Below, piece by piece: positions 36,901 to 49,130 of a DNA stretch of 64,000 nucleotides (position 1 is the stretch's first letter; the number at the start of each line of letters is the position of its first letter). The DNA lies in assembly GCA_051294905.1 (NCBI GenBank), contig CM119376.1, positions 1,798,001 through 1,862,000 on the forward strand. The letters run 5' to 3'. Below the pieces are notes generated by a model. It was not told the DNA's origin. It worked only from the letters and a program-made list of their open reading frames with translations, and ran no database searches. A program made the position numbers and the translations under genes. The DNA comes from Botryllus schlosseri (taxonomy: Eukaryota).

Positions 36901-39900
36901 GTATGTTTCAGTGTGCTTTGAGCTGCTTAGTCAAACATTTGGTGGGTTTCGGGAATCTGCAGAATATGATGTAGCCCGCTGATGTAATTGGTGTTTCAAC
37001 TTCACTAAATGGTAGCTTATATAGTTATTCGCATCGTTGAGGATGATATCAACCTTATTTTGTTATTTATACATGAATATTGAATCTATTCAATTCAGGC
37101 ATGATCCCATGTAGGTTCATTACCTTAATTATATAGAAAAAGTCATCCAGTTGTGCACTCTCTGTTAGTAGGCCTAGTATTATGTCATTGATTTTGTAAT
37201 GAATATTCATGGATATGCGATGCCCACTCATCTGTAGCCTACATATTATTACGAATTGAGTGCATTGAGGTGTCATTATTAACATTACAAGTTTGGATGG
37301 AAGTCTTAAGTAGACATATTGCTGTAACACCGGCCAAGACCCACAGCCATAATAGTACATCATTTAATTTTACAGCGTATGGTTGAAAAGACCGGGACCA
37401 CTTGCGTACACTGGGTTCCGGGCACTGAAAGTCTCGTCATTTCATCTCATTCAAACGGAATTATGTATACCTATGATATTTCTCACAAAAACATGAATGT
37501 AGTTCCAGTGTATCATGATAAGGTCAGTGAATAGAAAGGAACCCTGCAGTGTTGTCCCTTGTATATCTGTATTCCGTGCCATGCTAGTTCTAGTGCTCAG
37601 TTTGTTTATGAATTTGGCTGACTTTTAGATGGTTCAATGATTATTCGTCAGTTAGTCGTTTGTTGGGTGAGAATTCCCATTTTTCTTGTGCAAGAGATAA
37701 ACATTGACCTTCATCTTTGAAGGTCATAGGCACCACCTGTTTCGATAAGATGACGAACTTTATTGTGGTGTAGGCCTGGTTTCTTGTGATAAACATTGTA
37801 ACACATCACTGAATCCAATCTCTCAGGACTCTGTTCTGTGTGTTTTTCAAGTGGTCCCACCGGTAATCATATTTATGGAACATTATGAACAAATTTTCTG
37901 TAACCGTTGAATAGGTTTGTTCAAAAAATACTTCAAATTTTACTGGATATTCAATAAACTTGTGAAAGAAAACGGTGCCCACCAACTTTGACTTTATTTC
38001 AACATGTGGAAGGCAAGCTATTTGAGTTGAAAAAAAATTTAAAAATATAAAATTTTCTACAGTTAGATTTGAGTCAAATTTTGTGTGTGTTAAACTAAAT
38101 AACTTTATCGAACATCTGCAAAAAGTTGAAGAGAAAAGTTATTTTTGATCAACCCTACTGTATAATATTGTTTTTTTAGTCATAAATGTTATGTGGGATT
38201 AACGCATATTAGAGTGACAGCATTCTTGTCTGAATGGAACTATGGTGACTTTGAATTTCAATCTCTAGATCTAATATCTTCAGACTCTATAGTCTATGGG
38301 TATTTTACGTAATCGTATTACCTGAACAGTATGAACTGTTTTGTGGCTGCTTCTCAATTCAGCCATAATATAATGAATAAATGTGTATGATCAGCCCATG
38401 TAAGCATGGCTGTATGGCTCGTACGAAACTATGATTCATACATACTAATGAGAATTTTTGTCATTTAACATCTACTGCTCTAGTTAGGCTACCAGTATTG
38501 ATTTTAGTGTTTGTCCTTGTTGAGATCAATGATTCATTTTTATTGAACATAGCTACATTATCATAGTCATGTTGTCGCAAACAAAAGTGGGGATTGTCCA
38601 TTACTAGAATTTACATGCTCTGGTCGTGGGTGGTGATTGTCACAGCTACATGGCAGAGTATTTGTTCAACACTGATGAATGTTGATTTACCTGTTGGCTC
38701 CTTGTGGAAATAGATAGCATCTGTAATATTGGTCATAAGTGCGGCCGAGCAAAATTGAGAACATGAGAGATTTGAATCCGAACCAAGTATTAGATGTCCA
38801 GTATTCGAGTATCACCGCTAATGACGTCATAACAGTAGGTTGTTGTGTAAATTTCTAATATATATAGCCTGTACCTTTTATATGACAACAATAAATGCAA
38901 TGCCAGTTCAACATCGCATGAAAGACCATTTTGTATTTTCTCGACCATACCTATTTCATTGCGCTTTGTGACAATGCTGGGGGTTGTTCACTCTATATGT
39001 CCTTTTCACTAACGTGAGTAACTTGGCACTACATGTTTCATATACTGTGATACAAGCAATCAAGGTTTGCATCTTAAACATTGAAAAATAGTATTGAAAC
39101 TGTGGCAACTCTCGGTGATAAATTGATGCTTTGTGGCAAGGAGCGTATCCTTTCAGTAATTGAAACAATCCTCTGTCATTACTCGACTCGAATCATTAGA
39201 AATGATGTTCGATTCAGATTTGAGTTATGGAATCATTGTGCCCAGCGCGAGTCGTAAGCTATTTTGTCAATGCAATGATTTTCCTCGTCAGCCCAAAAAG
39301 GTTTCCGGCGACATTTCCGTATACACGCTGAAGAATCGAAATTACTCCACGCAAGCCGGGATCCCCCTCGGAGTCCTGAAGAACCCCCTTTATAAATGGG
39401 TCGTTACCCCCGACAGTTCGGCGATACACGAGTTTAAATTCTCTCCCGACGCCAGGACGATCGCCATTGTGTCACAGGTTTGTGGGAATGTGTATGTTCG
39501 GACTTGTACAAACTTACGATCTAGTTTGTTGACAGTCAACTAAGTAGCTGTTTTTTTAATCCTAGTTTTGTAATTCAAAAAGTGACTTATTCCAGTTCTA
39601 GCTGCGAATTTTATGAAACAATTGGACACCGAACAAATAGAAATCACATCTCGTGAATCGCGATACCGGTGTGCTGAGTGATTTTCTTGCAGTCGTTGAT
39701 AGCTCACAGTCATCACTAAGGGCAAGTTTTTGCAACTTCCGGCAGCTTCCTAAATACTCGGAAGTTACGTAGTGTGGTGTTTGCAGGGATCCTATTGTGC
39801 AACTTTTCTCCATTTTTTCAGACAAATTTTTTTCGACTTTATCGACATTTCATGCAACTTTTTTCGATTATTCATGTCAATGTTTGCACGATTTTTTCGA

Positions 39901-42900
39901 TTTTCCATACATCCAACTTTTTATTGGGAATAATTGGGCACTATATGTGAATAGATCGCTTGATTATTTCACTGTCGTTTAAATCTGCGGACCTTTCTGA
40001 TTTGACGTACATTCAGGCTGGACCTCCGAAAATTATATTTTCACTGGGTCAATTTTTTCAGGCCATTGATTATGTTGAAGTCGCCAACACTGAGTTTTGC
40101 TACGGTGCCTTGGATACGGATCAATTTGAGTACCTTATACCTTCATAATTTCAAGGAACTTGTCCATAAATGCAATTTTGTAGTGTAACCATTGTGAAAA
40201 ATAAATGCAAATTTTTACTGCAACTTTTGTGAAAAATAAGTGTAAGTGTCGTTGGATTTGACTGCAACAAAAACTTGCGCTAGTCAATACTACTAAATGT
40301 GACTTAGCCAGGGGCTGGGTTTTGGGTATTGACTCCGCATCCATCCTTTTGAAATGCCGATTCTATTTCGAATATGCGGTAAGATTCCGATTTAATGAAA
40401 ATGAATGTGTTGCTTTGGAATAGAACGTAATAAGTTGTGTTTTAGTTGGATTTAGATTTTTAAAGGTTGTTAGTTCTAGTTCTATTTATAGTCTGAGTTT
40501 TGAAAAGTGAGTAGTAGTTCTTGTTGCAGTCACGCATTTTCAAAATCAAGTTGCTTGCAGTTTTGACGTGTCTTGGAAATCGCCATTTGCGTTTGCAATC
40601 GTGTAGAAATGCACGTCTTTACATATCAGCTTCTACTCTAGCGTTGATACCAACCTCCTCTGAATTAGAGGTCGGCCGATTATCGCCCTGGCCGATTATC
40701 GAGGCCGATATTTGGAACTTTCCCGATTATCGATATCAGCCTGTGGAGGCCGATATTTTATAAATAAAAAATATTGGAAATTCAATACTCCAGGTTCTCA
40801 ATCTCAAGAAATCCACGACTCAAAGGGCGACATGTGACAGATTTAACCTTGCAGGACTAATTTAACTGCGTGAGCACGCAGAGAAACTACGCTTCCTGCA
40901 TTACAATCTAGCTCTACTGGACTGATCTGCAATTCTGTATCATGTTTTGCTTTTTGGGTTATCCCAAATCTCAATGAATGTGCACAATTAAGCAATAGTT
41001 CTTTTTAATCTCAGTTTTCTCGTTTTTTTGTTCAGCTTTCTGTGTCATGTACAAGTGCCATCTTGCCTAATATATAATATTTTGGCCGAAATGGTTCTCT
41101 GCTTCCTCCATATTAATATCGGCCCGTGATATCGGTTATTGTCCTTGTGAGTATGGCGATAATCGGTATGGGCCTGCAAAATTCGATATCGGTTGACCTC
41201 TACTCTGAATATTCTTTACAGGATGGGTACATGCGGTTAATCGATTACGTGACGCTGGAACATAAAGGCGCCATGAAGAGTTATTTCGGCGGACTGCTGT
41301 GCTGTTGCTGGAGTCCGGACGGGCGTTATATTGTCACTGGCGGCGAGGATGACCTGGTCACGGTGTGGTCGTTTTACGGCCGATTTGTGGTGGCTAGAGG
41401 ATATGGACATCGGTCTTGGATTAGCCATGTAGCTTTTGACCCGTTTTTATGCCTCGTGCCCGAGGAAGACGAGGTTTTGCGTTGGTACGGAAGCGATTCA
41501 CCAGCTTTAACGCGTAATAGCATTAGGGGTAGGAGTTTAAATCGTAATTATTTTAAATACGAGACTGCCGCCGATTTTAAATCGACCGAAACTACGTCTG
41601 TTAACGCGAAATCTCCGGTGGCGAAATTACAGAACCTATCGCGTAGAGACCGTACCGACAGCACCGTGTCTAAAACTTCGAAGATAAGCGTGGCGGAGTC
41701 GATAGACGCCAGACCAAGGGTGTCATATAGGTTCGGGTCTGCGGGGCAGGACGCGCAGTTGTGCTTGTGGGAGTTGACTGACGATGTGTTGTTTCCGAGA
41801 CGCAGAACGACGTCGATGTTGCGCAGCTATGGATGCGCGCATTTTGTTAGGACCGAGGCTTCTCCGGTTAAAATTGCGAACGGTAAAAGAGACAGTTCTT
41901 ATTCGGACTCGGGCAGTTTGGGGTTGAACGAGTCTCAGACTGTGAATGGGAAAGGGAAGCACGGGACGTCCAACGGGTCTCCGGGCAGCGGGAAGGAATC
42001 AAGTCATTCGATAACGAGAGGCTTCACGTTTTTTTCAAAGAGTTCGTCCAAGGACAGCACCAGTATGACGGAAGGTATGGCCCAGCAGTGCTCAGTAGGG
42101 TTGTTCAAAAGTAACTTTATTTTTCCCGATTCTGGGGATTCTCTGATTGAATTGTTAGGTTGCCTACATAAATCTGCTCACCAAGTTTAGCTCGATTTCA
42201 ACTGGTAGATGTGAACGAGTTAGTAGTTCGAAAATTTTGAATTCAATATAAAATATTAAACAACTTTTCAGATGTTGCTGTCAACCCCATGAGATTGTTA
42301 AATTGGCTGAAACAACGACGCTTAACAATTTTTGCTCACTTCCAACCGGTAGATAAGCGAAGTTATTGCAGTTGAAAATTGTGGATTCGCAAAAATACCC
42401 TGAACGGTGGGTAGTCGCAAAATTCTAAATGAAAACTCAAATAACTTCGCTTGTATGGGTTGGAATTGCGTCAAATTTGTTTGGCTTCGTTTTTGTAGAA
42501 AACTCACACAATTTCATGGGGTTGACAGTGAAATTTGAAATTTTTTTTTTAAATTTTTATAATAATAGGAAAATTTTCAAATTCCTGTGCGTTCAAATCT
42601 ACCAGTTTTAATTGAGCCAAATTTGGTGTGCAGCGTTTTTGTAGTATACCTAACAATTTATTCAATAAATCGCTATAATCTGGAAAAAAGTTATTTTTGC
42701 ACAACCCTAGTGTTCAGTAACAAAGCACTCAAATAGTGTTCCTCTACTTCTAGTACTTGAGTGATTCCAATTTTGCGCTACTTTCACTTTGTAATATTTT
42801 GTGATTTACCTAATCTTTGATAGTTACAGTTTGTCAAGCGGAAGTAGTACATTATTCCAACTAGAGAGAGAAAATTAGGGGACATTTTTGTGGAGTATCG

Positions 42901-45900
42901 ACAATATTTTGATTTTCACAAAACTTGAGTAGAGTCCATAATTTACAATAGTAGATGTAGAGCCATCAGCCATCCATTTATATTTCTACTTGAAGTTGTT
43001 TTGGTTGCTTCTAAAAGCACTTTTGTTAAGCAAGTTCGCAACTTGATCAGTGAATCCGGCAAAAAAAAGTTATTTTTGAACAACCGTACTGTGGAGCTTA
43101 TCGTGCGTTTGGCAATTTCAGGAAAATTCGCAACGTTGGCGATCGGCGAAAGTCCCTCCAAAAAGGATCAAGCCAAGTCGCACAAGCGCAATTTGAGCAT
43201 GCCCTATTTCGGTACCAAGAACGGAAGTAAAAGTCAGTCCACTGTGAACGGGGTATCGCGGACGGAACATAGTAAAGAGTCCAAGGTCGCTATAGGTCGT
43301 AAACCGTACTCTAAAGACCATGAGTGTTCATTGGTAGAATTCCTATCATTTTGTTGAGAAACTCAGATTCGCGTTTTCCCTCTCAAAGTGCCTTTTTTGT
43401 TGTCTAGCTCAGTGATTCTCTCACCTTTTTCATCTCACAGACCGCTAAAACTGCAAAACAAATATTCCAACCGGTGAATCTTCAAAAACCAAAATCATCA
43501 ACTTTAGTTGACCAAAGGAGAAAATATCTGCGATACCAGCTTATACTTTATCCCACCTTAGATTTATGTTCGGTCAAACAGAGATGCTAAGACCGTAAGC
43601 TGAATATGGTACGAATATCATCAAACCTAAGCTTGAAACCGGACTAGAAACTATATTGTCTCATTGTAAAGTTGAGAGATTCCTTTATTTCAACACGGGT
43701 TTGGAATGCTTTGTTTTTCTGATTGGAACTGTCTCGGTCCTCATCCCGCTGAAGCATTTTCACTAAGCTCGCGTACCACCTCGTTATATCGGAACGAGTT
43801 TACTAGCTCGAAAGTGCTGAAGACCACTGGTTCTTCCCCTATCACAAGTTTATTATTACCGAGATCAGTTTGGCACAAATGATTTGTGCGAAGGCAAGAT
43901 TTAGTAGGCTGATTTAGAATGAAATCTTTTGAAATTGTGACAAGGCTTGATGAAAAATCAGGCAATTTTTCTGGGAATTCATATATTTAAAAAAAAAAAG
44001 TTATCATTGCAGTTGTCATAAAATAAGCTTTGAGAGCTTTTGGAAGTATATGGATCTCTCGTGGCTTGCCCTGCGGTTGCATGATGGTGGCCATCGCTGC
44101 ACTTCTGATTAATTTCAACCGCAAGCCGTAATTGAGGGCGAGCAATCGAACATACTGCATGGTTTAGGTCATTAGATCATTACCTACACTGAAGATACCC
44201 AGTTAATGGAAGGGGGACATGACGCTTCCCTGCCTCTCTTGTACAATCTAGTTTTGGTAGGCCCAGCGTTACTTGGATACAAAGCAATTACAAATCTACA
44301 TATTTTTTCAGTTCAGAAATTTATAGGCTCTCTGACTTCTGACGTTACTCACCTACCACTTGAGATGCTCCCGCCTACCACAGTTTGGTAACCAAACACA
44401 GAAGTTGTTATTTGTTCTCTTTTCTTCTGCAGCCCGCACTCACACTCGGAACAAACTTATGTCCACGACTCGACGAAACTGCGATGCTAGAACCACTCGT
44501 ATGCAAACTCATATCACAGGTTTGTACTAAGTTGTGTTAGAAGACACCCTTGGACGTACTGAACTTCAGTATGTAATTTAAAATATATATTGATATTGAA
44601 ATAAACCGAATATGTTCAACTGACACTCGTCAGGGGTAATTGGACAACTAGCAACTAGCAGAGAATTAAAAAGGAGTTTGTATATTCAGTGATAGGTCTG
44701 TTGATATGCAAAGTTCTTTTCAATTCATTACTAGTTGCTGACAATTACCCCTGACGAGTGTCATTTGAAAATATAGGAGGTTATTTCAATATGAATGCAT
44801 TTTTTAATTACTTACTGAATTCGATTTATAGATCCAGGGTTAGGTATTTTCCAACTGCATTCACAAAAAAGTTGATGAACTGTAGCCTACATATCACCAT
44901 TCGTATTGCGATGCTGTTGATCAATAATCCAATTTGAAACAGTCAGAACATACTACGTCAGATTGGTCATGTGGTCAATTAGTTTTGTAGTTCATTTTCA
45001 TCATAGGATAAAAAGTAAAAGTGAACTCGTTCTTAATTAGACACGACTTCGCATGACGAGACCTAGTTTAGGCTATAACATGAAAGCATATGTATGAACA
45101 GTAGGGTCGTCCATAATTTGGAAAATCTCACAAATGCTGCGTATCCATGTCTCATTCTATAGATTATTGATAAAAAACGTCAATGAGCCTGCAATAAGCT
45201 CACAGGAAAGTCGTTAAGATTTGTCTAAATGCGTTTGAAAGTAGCTGCTGTAGAGTGGGCGTGCCAGCGACCATAGAACGGCGAGAAGACTAGTAATCAC
45301 GAAATCACGGCTCATAATTGGTTAATCAGTTATGCTTGAATGATCGCGACCGCAGCAACTTGCTGATTACGTTCTTCTACTCATTAAAGAAGTTTGCTAA
45401 CGGCGCTGTAAGGGCATTGTAGGTTGGTGATTTAACAATAATATGTGACACCTGGTGATTTAATGTTTTAGTTAGAAAGTCTGTTACGATAGGTTTATAG
45501 CAGCAATAGCCTATTGCAGACATGGCAGAGGTGTAACAGCGAATGATTATGAACTTGTAGAACTGAGTATAAATCCGAGAAGCATCTAGTTCTAGTCTGA
45601 TATGCTTGCGATTACGCCGAGTCGTCCTGTTTCCCTGGGTTCGGGTAACGTATTAGCCATCGCCAAACTGGTGCAGCACAACATGTGAGATGGATGCTGC
45701 GGGGCACAATCCTGTATGCTTATAAGATGATATGTGGACCAACCAGGTAGCTTACGTTGGAACTCTGAAGAAGTGTAACTACCGCATCGATTAAATGCAG
45801 TTATATATCCATGTCTGGTTTGATTCAAACATTAGTCGTGATGCAGCCAGTGATGATCTATGATTCATTTGGGACAGGCTAAGCTCTACAAGCAAACTGT

Positions 45901-48861
45901 AGTTTTGCTGACCCTACCAGCATAGCCTGTGCATACCTTTAGATCTCTTTCTGTGGTATGATTGAGGACTTTGACAGCACTTACGGGTGGATTCATTATG
46001 CTGTAAGAATCGGACAGGTGCCACGCATAAACGGACGATTCAGCCCATCTTTAGAGCATTCAAGACCTAAATTATATACCACGACCAGATCCTAATAAGA
46101 TCAACAAAGTATCATTACTGTTAAGATTTATATTTGTAATCAATGATGGTACATCCCTTCTGAAACTAGAAATTCGTACGCTACTTGCATAAGTGCCATT
46201 GCAATGTTTCTTTGTGTGTTTCAGTGCTTTCCCTCGATGAAAGCAAGCTACACAGACTACAACTGTTACCTTCACAATAAGCCAGTCATGTTTCAAACGT
46301 TTTTGTGAAGCAGCTGTCTTTTGTTCGTTATGTAATATGTTACTAAACATATCCCGAATCAATCTCAAATCATCATCTGCGGACCAACCTACAATGCGCT
46401 TACAGATTCACCGCCGTTAGCAGACTCCTCGAACAGCTGATCAGCAAGCCGCCACCGTCGTAATCATTCAGGCATAGCCACTTACCCAATCAAGCGCCGT
46501 GGTTTCTAATTACTAGTCTTTTCGCCGTTCTATGGTAGCTGGTACGACCACTCTGTAGCAGCCACTTTCAAACACATTTAGACAAATCTTAACGACTTTC
46601 CTGTGAGCTTATTGCAGACTCATCGACGTTTTTTATCAATAATCTATAGAATGAGACATGGATACGCAGGATTTGTGAGACTTTCCACATTATGGACAAC
46701 CCTAATGAACAGGCAGACAAGTTTATGTAATTGTTGGGCTGTAGACAACATCAATGTTATAACAGACTTGAATAACTAGATTATTGTAGTTATTTAATTG
46801 AAGCGAAATGCTGGTAATCTAATTTTTTTTAAATGTTTCTTTGCTTTAATTCTAATTTTAATGTAATTTGTAAAATATTCTTTGCTCTGATTCTATTTTT
46901 GATCGAACTTGTGAAATGTTTCTATGATCTCATTCTAGATCTGATGTGATTTGTGGTTTTTCTGAACATTCTGTAGGGGAACTTTATAGCCTAGTGAGAA
47001 ACCAGCCAAGCTTGCTGTCACACGACAATGCATTCTGACATGATATGAACTGAAGTCAATTTAATTTCCAAGTTTTTCGCAAATTTGGTAATTCTGATTC
47101 TAATCTAAAAAACTGTGGAGCTATAATTCTAATTCTCGTCTAATTTGAAAAAAAACTGTCTCGGCTATAATTCTTATTCTAATTTAATTAAAAAATAACT
47201 GTTTAGCTATAATTCCTTTTCTAGTTTAATTTGGAAAAACAACTAGTTATACTTCTAATTCTTATCTAATTTGAATTATAATTTGGAAAAAATGGTGTAG
47301 ATATTATTATAATTCTAGTGCCCAAATCTGCTTACAATAGCCTTACGGTTTGTCTCAATTAGGGTCGTCTGACGTGGATAAGCTTCCAGAGGGACAGTAT
47401 CATGACCGCCGGCCAAGACGGCTGTATTCAGACGTGGGCGCGACCTCACAAGTCTGAGGTGAGTCTTTTTACGAATGCATGATGTCGATAGTTAACGCAG
47501 GTATGTCCTAATTCGGGGTGGGTGAAATGAGTCATTGATTGGAAATGGGCTTCAATAGATCTTCATGCTGTATGATTCAATGCAGGGGTGTTGAACATTT
47601 TTGCTATTTACGGCAGCATTTCAATCACATATATGTATGTATAGCGTACGACCGCATTCCAGCAGGCGGACGTAATGGCACATATGGACGCCTATATCCA
47701 CGGTGTCAAATTCACGACTGGGAGATTTCGGACATTCCTTGTGTGGTGTTCTGCGTCGATAATATCGGTAATTGCGCACATCAAATATTTATCCTTAGCT
47801 CGCGCGACCCGATATACCGGCACAGCTAATGTTGTCTGTGAAAATTTGGAGTACAAAATTAATGATGCTGCGTCTTCGGATTGGTACTAATCACTTTGTT
47901 GCAAGTAGTTTTTCCTAGACCTCCCATCAGGATTGTCGTACTAGTCAAAATATAGATTGGAATCGCCCAAACTTACCAGAAAAACCTTTCTTTGTGAGAC
48001 GCACAACGTCGCACACGATACCAAACTGTTGTTTCCGGATGGGACGCACCATTTTGCTCTGTGTTTCCCGTTTGAAGAGCTTCTTGGAGGTTTCCCGTTT
48101 GTACTACGAGGCTCGGATTGCAAATATGACGCTATATTAAAAACGTTGAAGCCTGAATCGTTTTTGCTGAATTGACTTATATGTCAAGAATTTGTGATTC
48201 AATTTGTTAATTCAAATTGCATATTGACGGCTGCCAACGTGTGCTAATTCAATTATGTGTTGACGACCTCATAAATATTGTTCTTCGGCCGAAGGTTGGA
48301 CACCCCTGTTCTAATGGAAGCAAGTCTTTCGAATATCGAATGAATATGAACAAATCAACAGTAATAATGACATTCTGGGTACTTGAGTGTTTTGTTTTCG
48401 GGCACTGCAGTCGGTGATTAACCGTGATCACTGACCAGTTAAGTCGATTTGTTCAAGGAAATGGAGTTCTCTGAAGTCGCATTCAACTCAGTTGTTGAAA
48501 TGGTGTAACTCAAATTTGGAATGGTTTACTTTCCTATCGCCCCCGTGGCGAATAAATATTTTTAAGCTCCAGTAATATCTACATCTGCAGAAACACTGTT
48601 TGATGCTGTGTATGTAGCTCATGAGTCGGTGTATATGTCGCAAAACATCAAGGACGAATAAACTACGTCCTTTCCTTTCCATTACACTGTTCCTCATCCA
48701 TTTTATTTACTCTTCGAATCGTTAACGTGAATCTTTCTCGCCAGGGTTCGGCGCCAGTCACCGCCCACCGCAAGGACCTGCCCCGACAATCGGTCAACTC
48801 GCCCACGCCCTCTCCCAAACTGTCGCCGGTCAAGGGCCCTCCCGGCACGCAGGTCCGTTGA
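30771..48861 (+). CDS. WDR20: WD repeat-containing protein 20 (USP12/USP46 deubiquitinase cofactor), 10 coding exons
   Basis: Exons 30771-30902, 31922-32059, 35347-35529, 37376-37522, 39292-39477, 41222-42074, 43122-43285(3' end uncertain), 44433-44519, 47363-47458, 48745-48861. Peptides EIRTHFSAREGVYK, DRRVYKGVLPTCH, MKSYFGGLLCCCWSPDGRYIVTGGEDDLVTVWSF, YRFGSAGQDAQLCLWELT, HKRNLSM, LGTNLCPRLDETAMLEPLVCK match recalled WDR20. Confidence 0.95.
31922..32059 (+). CDS. WDR20: WDR20 exon 2 (GQPSNVAPVKASFV...YEGVLPSQ)
   Basis: ttggcag| acceptor, cag|gtgaga donor. Confidence 0.88.
32707..34777. mobile_element. hAT-type non-autonomous element with (GTAATC)n subterminal arrays (2071 bp)
   Basis: cagacatgggg...ccccatgtctg; exact 8-bp TSD gtatccaa. 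Confidence 0.88.
33376..33595 (-). mobile_element. tRNA-derived SINE nested in the GTAATC element
   Basis: Head ggcgagatagcgcagtggt (A box)...gggttcgagtc (B box); exact 11-bp flanking duplication tacctgtagag. Confidence 0.75.
35347..35529 (+). CDS. WDR20: WDR20 exon 3
   Basis: ttttcag| acceptor, gag|gtaggt donor. Confidence 0.92.
35821..36372. mobile_element. Palindromic MITE (GTTCAAAAA-terminal family) with nested inverted repeats
   Basis: 35821-35960 is the reverse complement of about 36235-36372; relatives at 42096-42709 and about 49950-50208. Confidence 0.65.
37376..37522 (+). CDS. WDR20: WDR20 exon 4 (RMVEKTGTTCVHWVPGTESL...YHDK)
   Basis: tttacag| acceptor, aag|gtcagt donor. Confidence 0.9.
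39292..39477 (+). CDS. WDR20: WDR20 exon 5 (...KNPLYKWVV...EFKFSPD...VSQ)
   Basis: ttcctcgtcag| acceptor, cag|gtttgt donor. Confidence 0.92.
40666..41202. mobile_element. hAT-type MITE with CCGAT repeats (537 bp)
   Basis: tagaggtcggccgat...atcggttgacctcta; exact TSD ctctgaat. Confidence 0.85.
41222..42074 (+). CDS. WDR20: WDR20 exon 6 (DGYMRL...SMTE)
   Basis: tctttacag| acceptor, g|gtatgg donor; core of ORF 41126-42190. Confidence 0.92.
42096..42709. mobile_element. hAT-type MITE (614 bp)
   Basis: tagggttgttcaaaa...tttgcacaacccta; TSD gtgctcag/gtgttcag (1 mismatch). Confidence 0.8.
43122..43285 (+). CDS. WDR20: WDR20 exon 7 (GKFATLAIG...HKRNLSMP...); donor could alternatively be 43252 or 43333
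   Basis: aatttcag| acceptor in phase 1; several phase-0 GT donors are possible. Confidence 0.75.
44433..44519 (+). CDS. WDR20: WDR20 exon 8 (PALTLGTNLCPRLDETAMLEPLVCKLISQ)
   Basis: ttcttctgcag| acceptor, cag|gtttgt donor. Confidence 0.9.
44565..44819. mobile_element. Foldback MITE with ~85-bp TIRs (ctgacactcgtcaggggtaat)
   Basis: Arms are reverse complements; solo arms near 7900, 8760, 30355, 31730, 49780. Confidence 0.65.
45102..46704. mobile_element. hAT-type element with ~270-bp TIRs (1603 bp)
   Basis: tagggtcgtccataat...attatggacaacccta; exact TSD atgaacag; arms 45102-45370 and 46435-46704. Confidence 0.88.
47363..47458 (+). CDS. WDR20: WDR20 exon 9 (GRLTWISFQRDSIMTAGQDGCIQTWARPHKSE)
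   Basis: caattag| acceptor, gag|gtgagt donor. Confidence 0.9.
48745..48861 (+). CDS. WDR20: WDR20 probable terminal exon (GSAPV...SPTPSPKLSPVKGPPGTQVR*)
   Basis: tctttctcgccag| acceptor in phase 0; GC-rich, Ser/Pro-rich tail. Confidence 0.65.
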   Translation, partial: GSAPVTAHRKDLPRQSVNSPTPSPKLSPVKGPPGTQVR

Positions 48862-49130
48862 TCGGCTGTTGGGCCGAAATTTGCAACGACCGTCAACACT
48901 TGTGAGGTGCAATAGAACCGTTTATCGACGCGTTTTCTTCCGTTACTGTTTGCAATTGTTTGTGTCGTAATTTCGAATCCTTTTACTAATACCTATTTCC
49001 AAGAGTCGCCTTTGCCCGTAGTTTGGTGTTTGGGTATGGTTTACTAGCCTACGGTAGATGCGAAACATGTGACTGGACGATTGGGCCATCAGATATGACC
49101 AGGGACTAGCAATTTCTGATGGCTTTGGAA

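Noticed and set aside
41126-42190. ORF-track 354-aa protein as a standalone gene
   Set aside because: It is WDR20 exon 6 extended into flanking MITE sequence at both ends.
702-48861. WDR26 (E3 ligase subunit) next to WDR20 (deubiquitinase cofactor) as a functional ubiquitin gene cluster
   Set aside because: They are 13 kb apart with two unrelated genes between them, and there is no sequence evidence of co-regulation.
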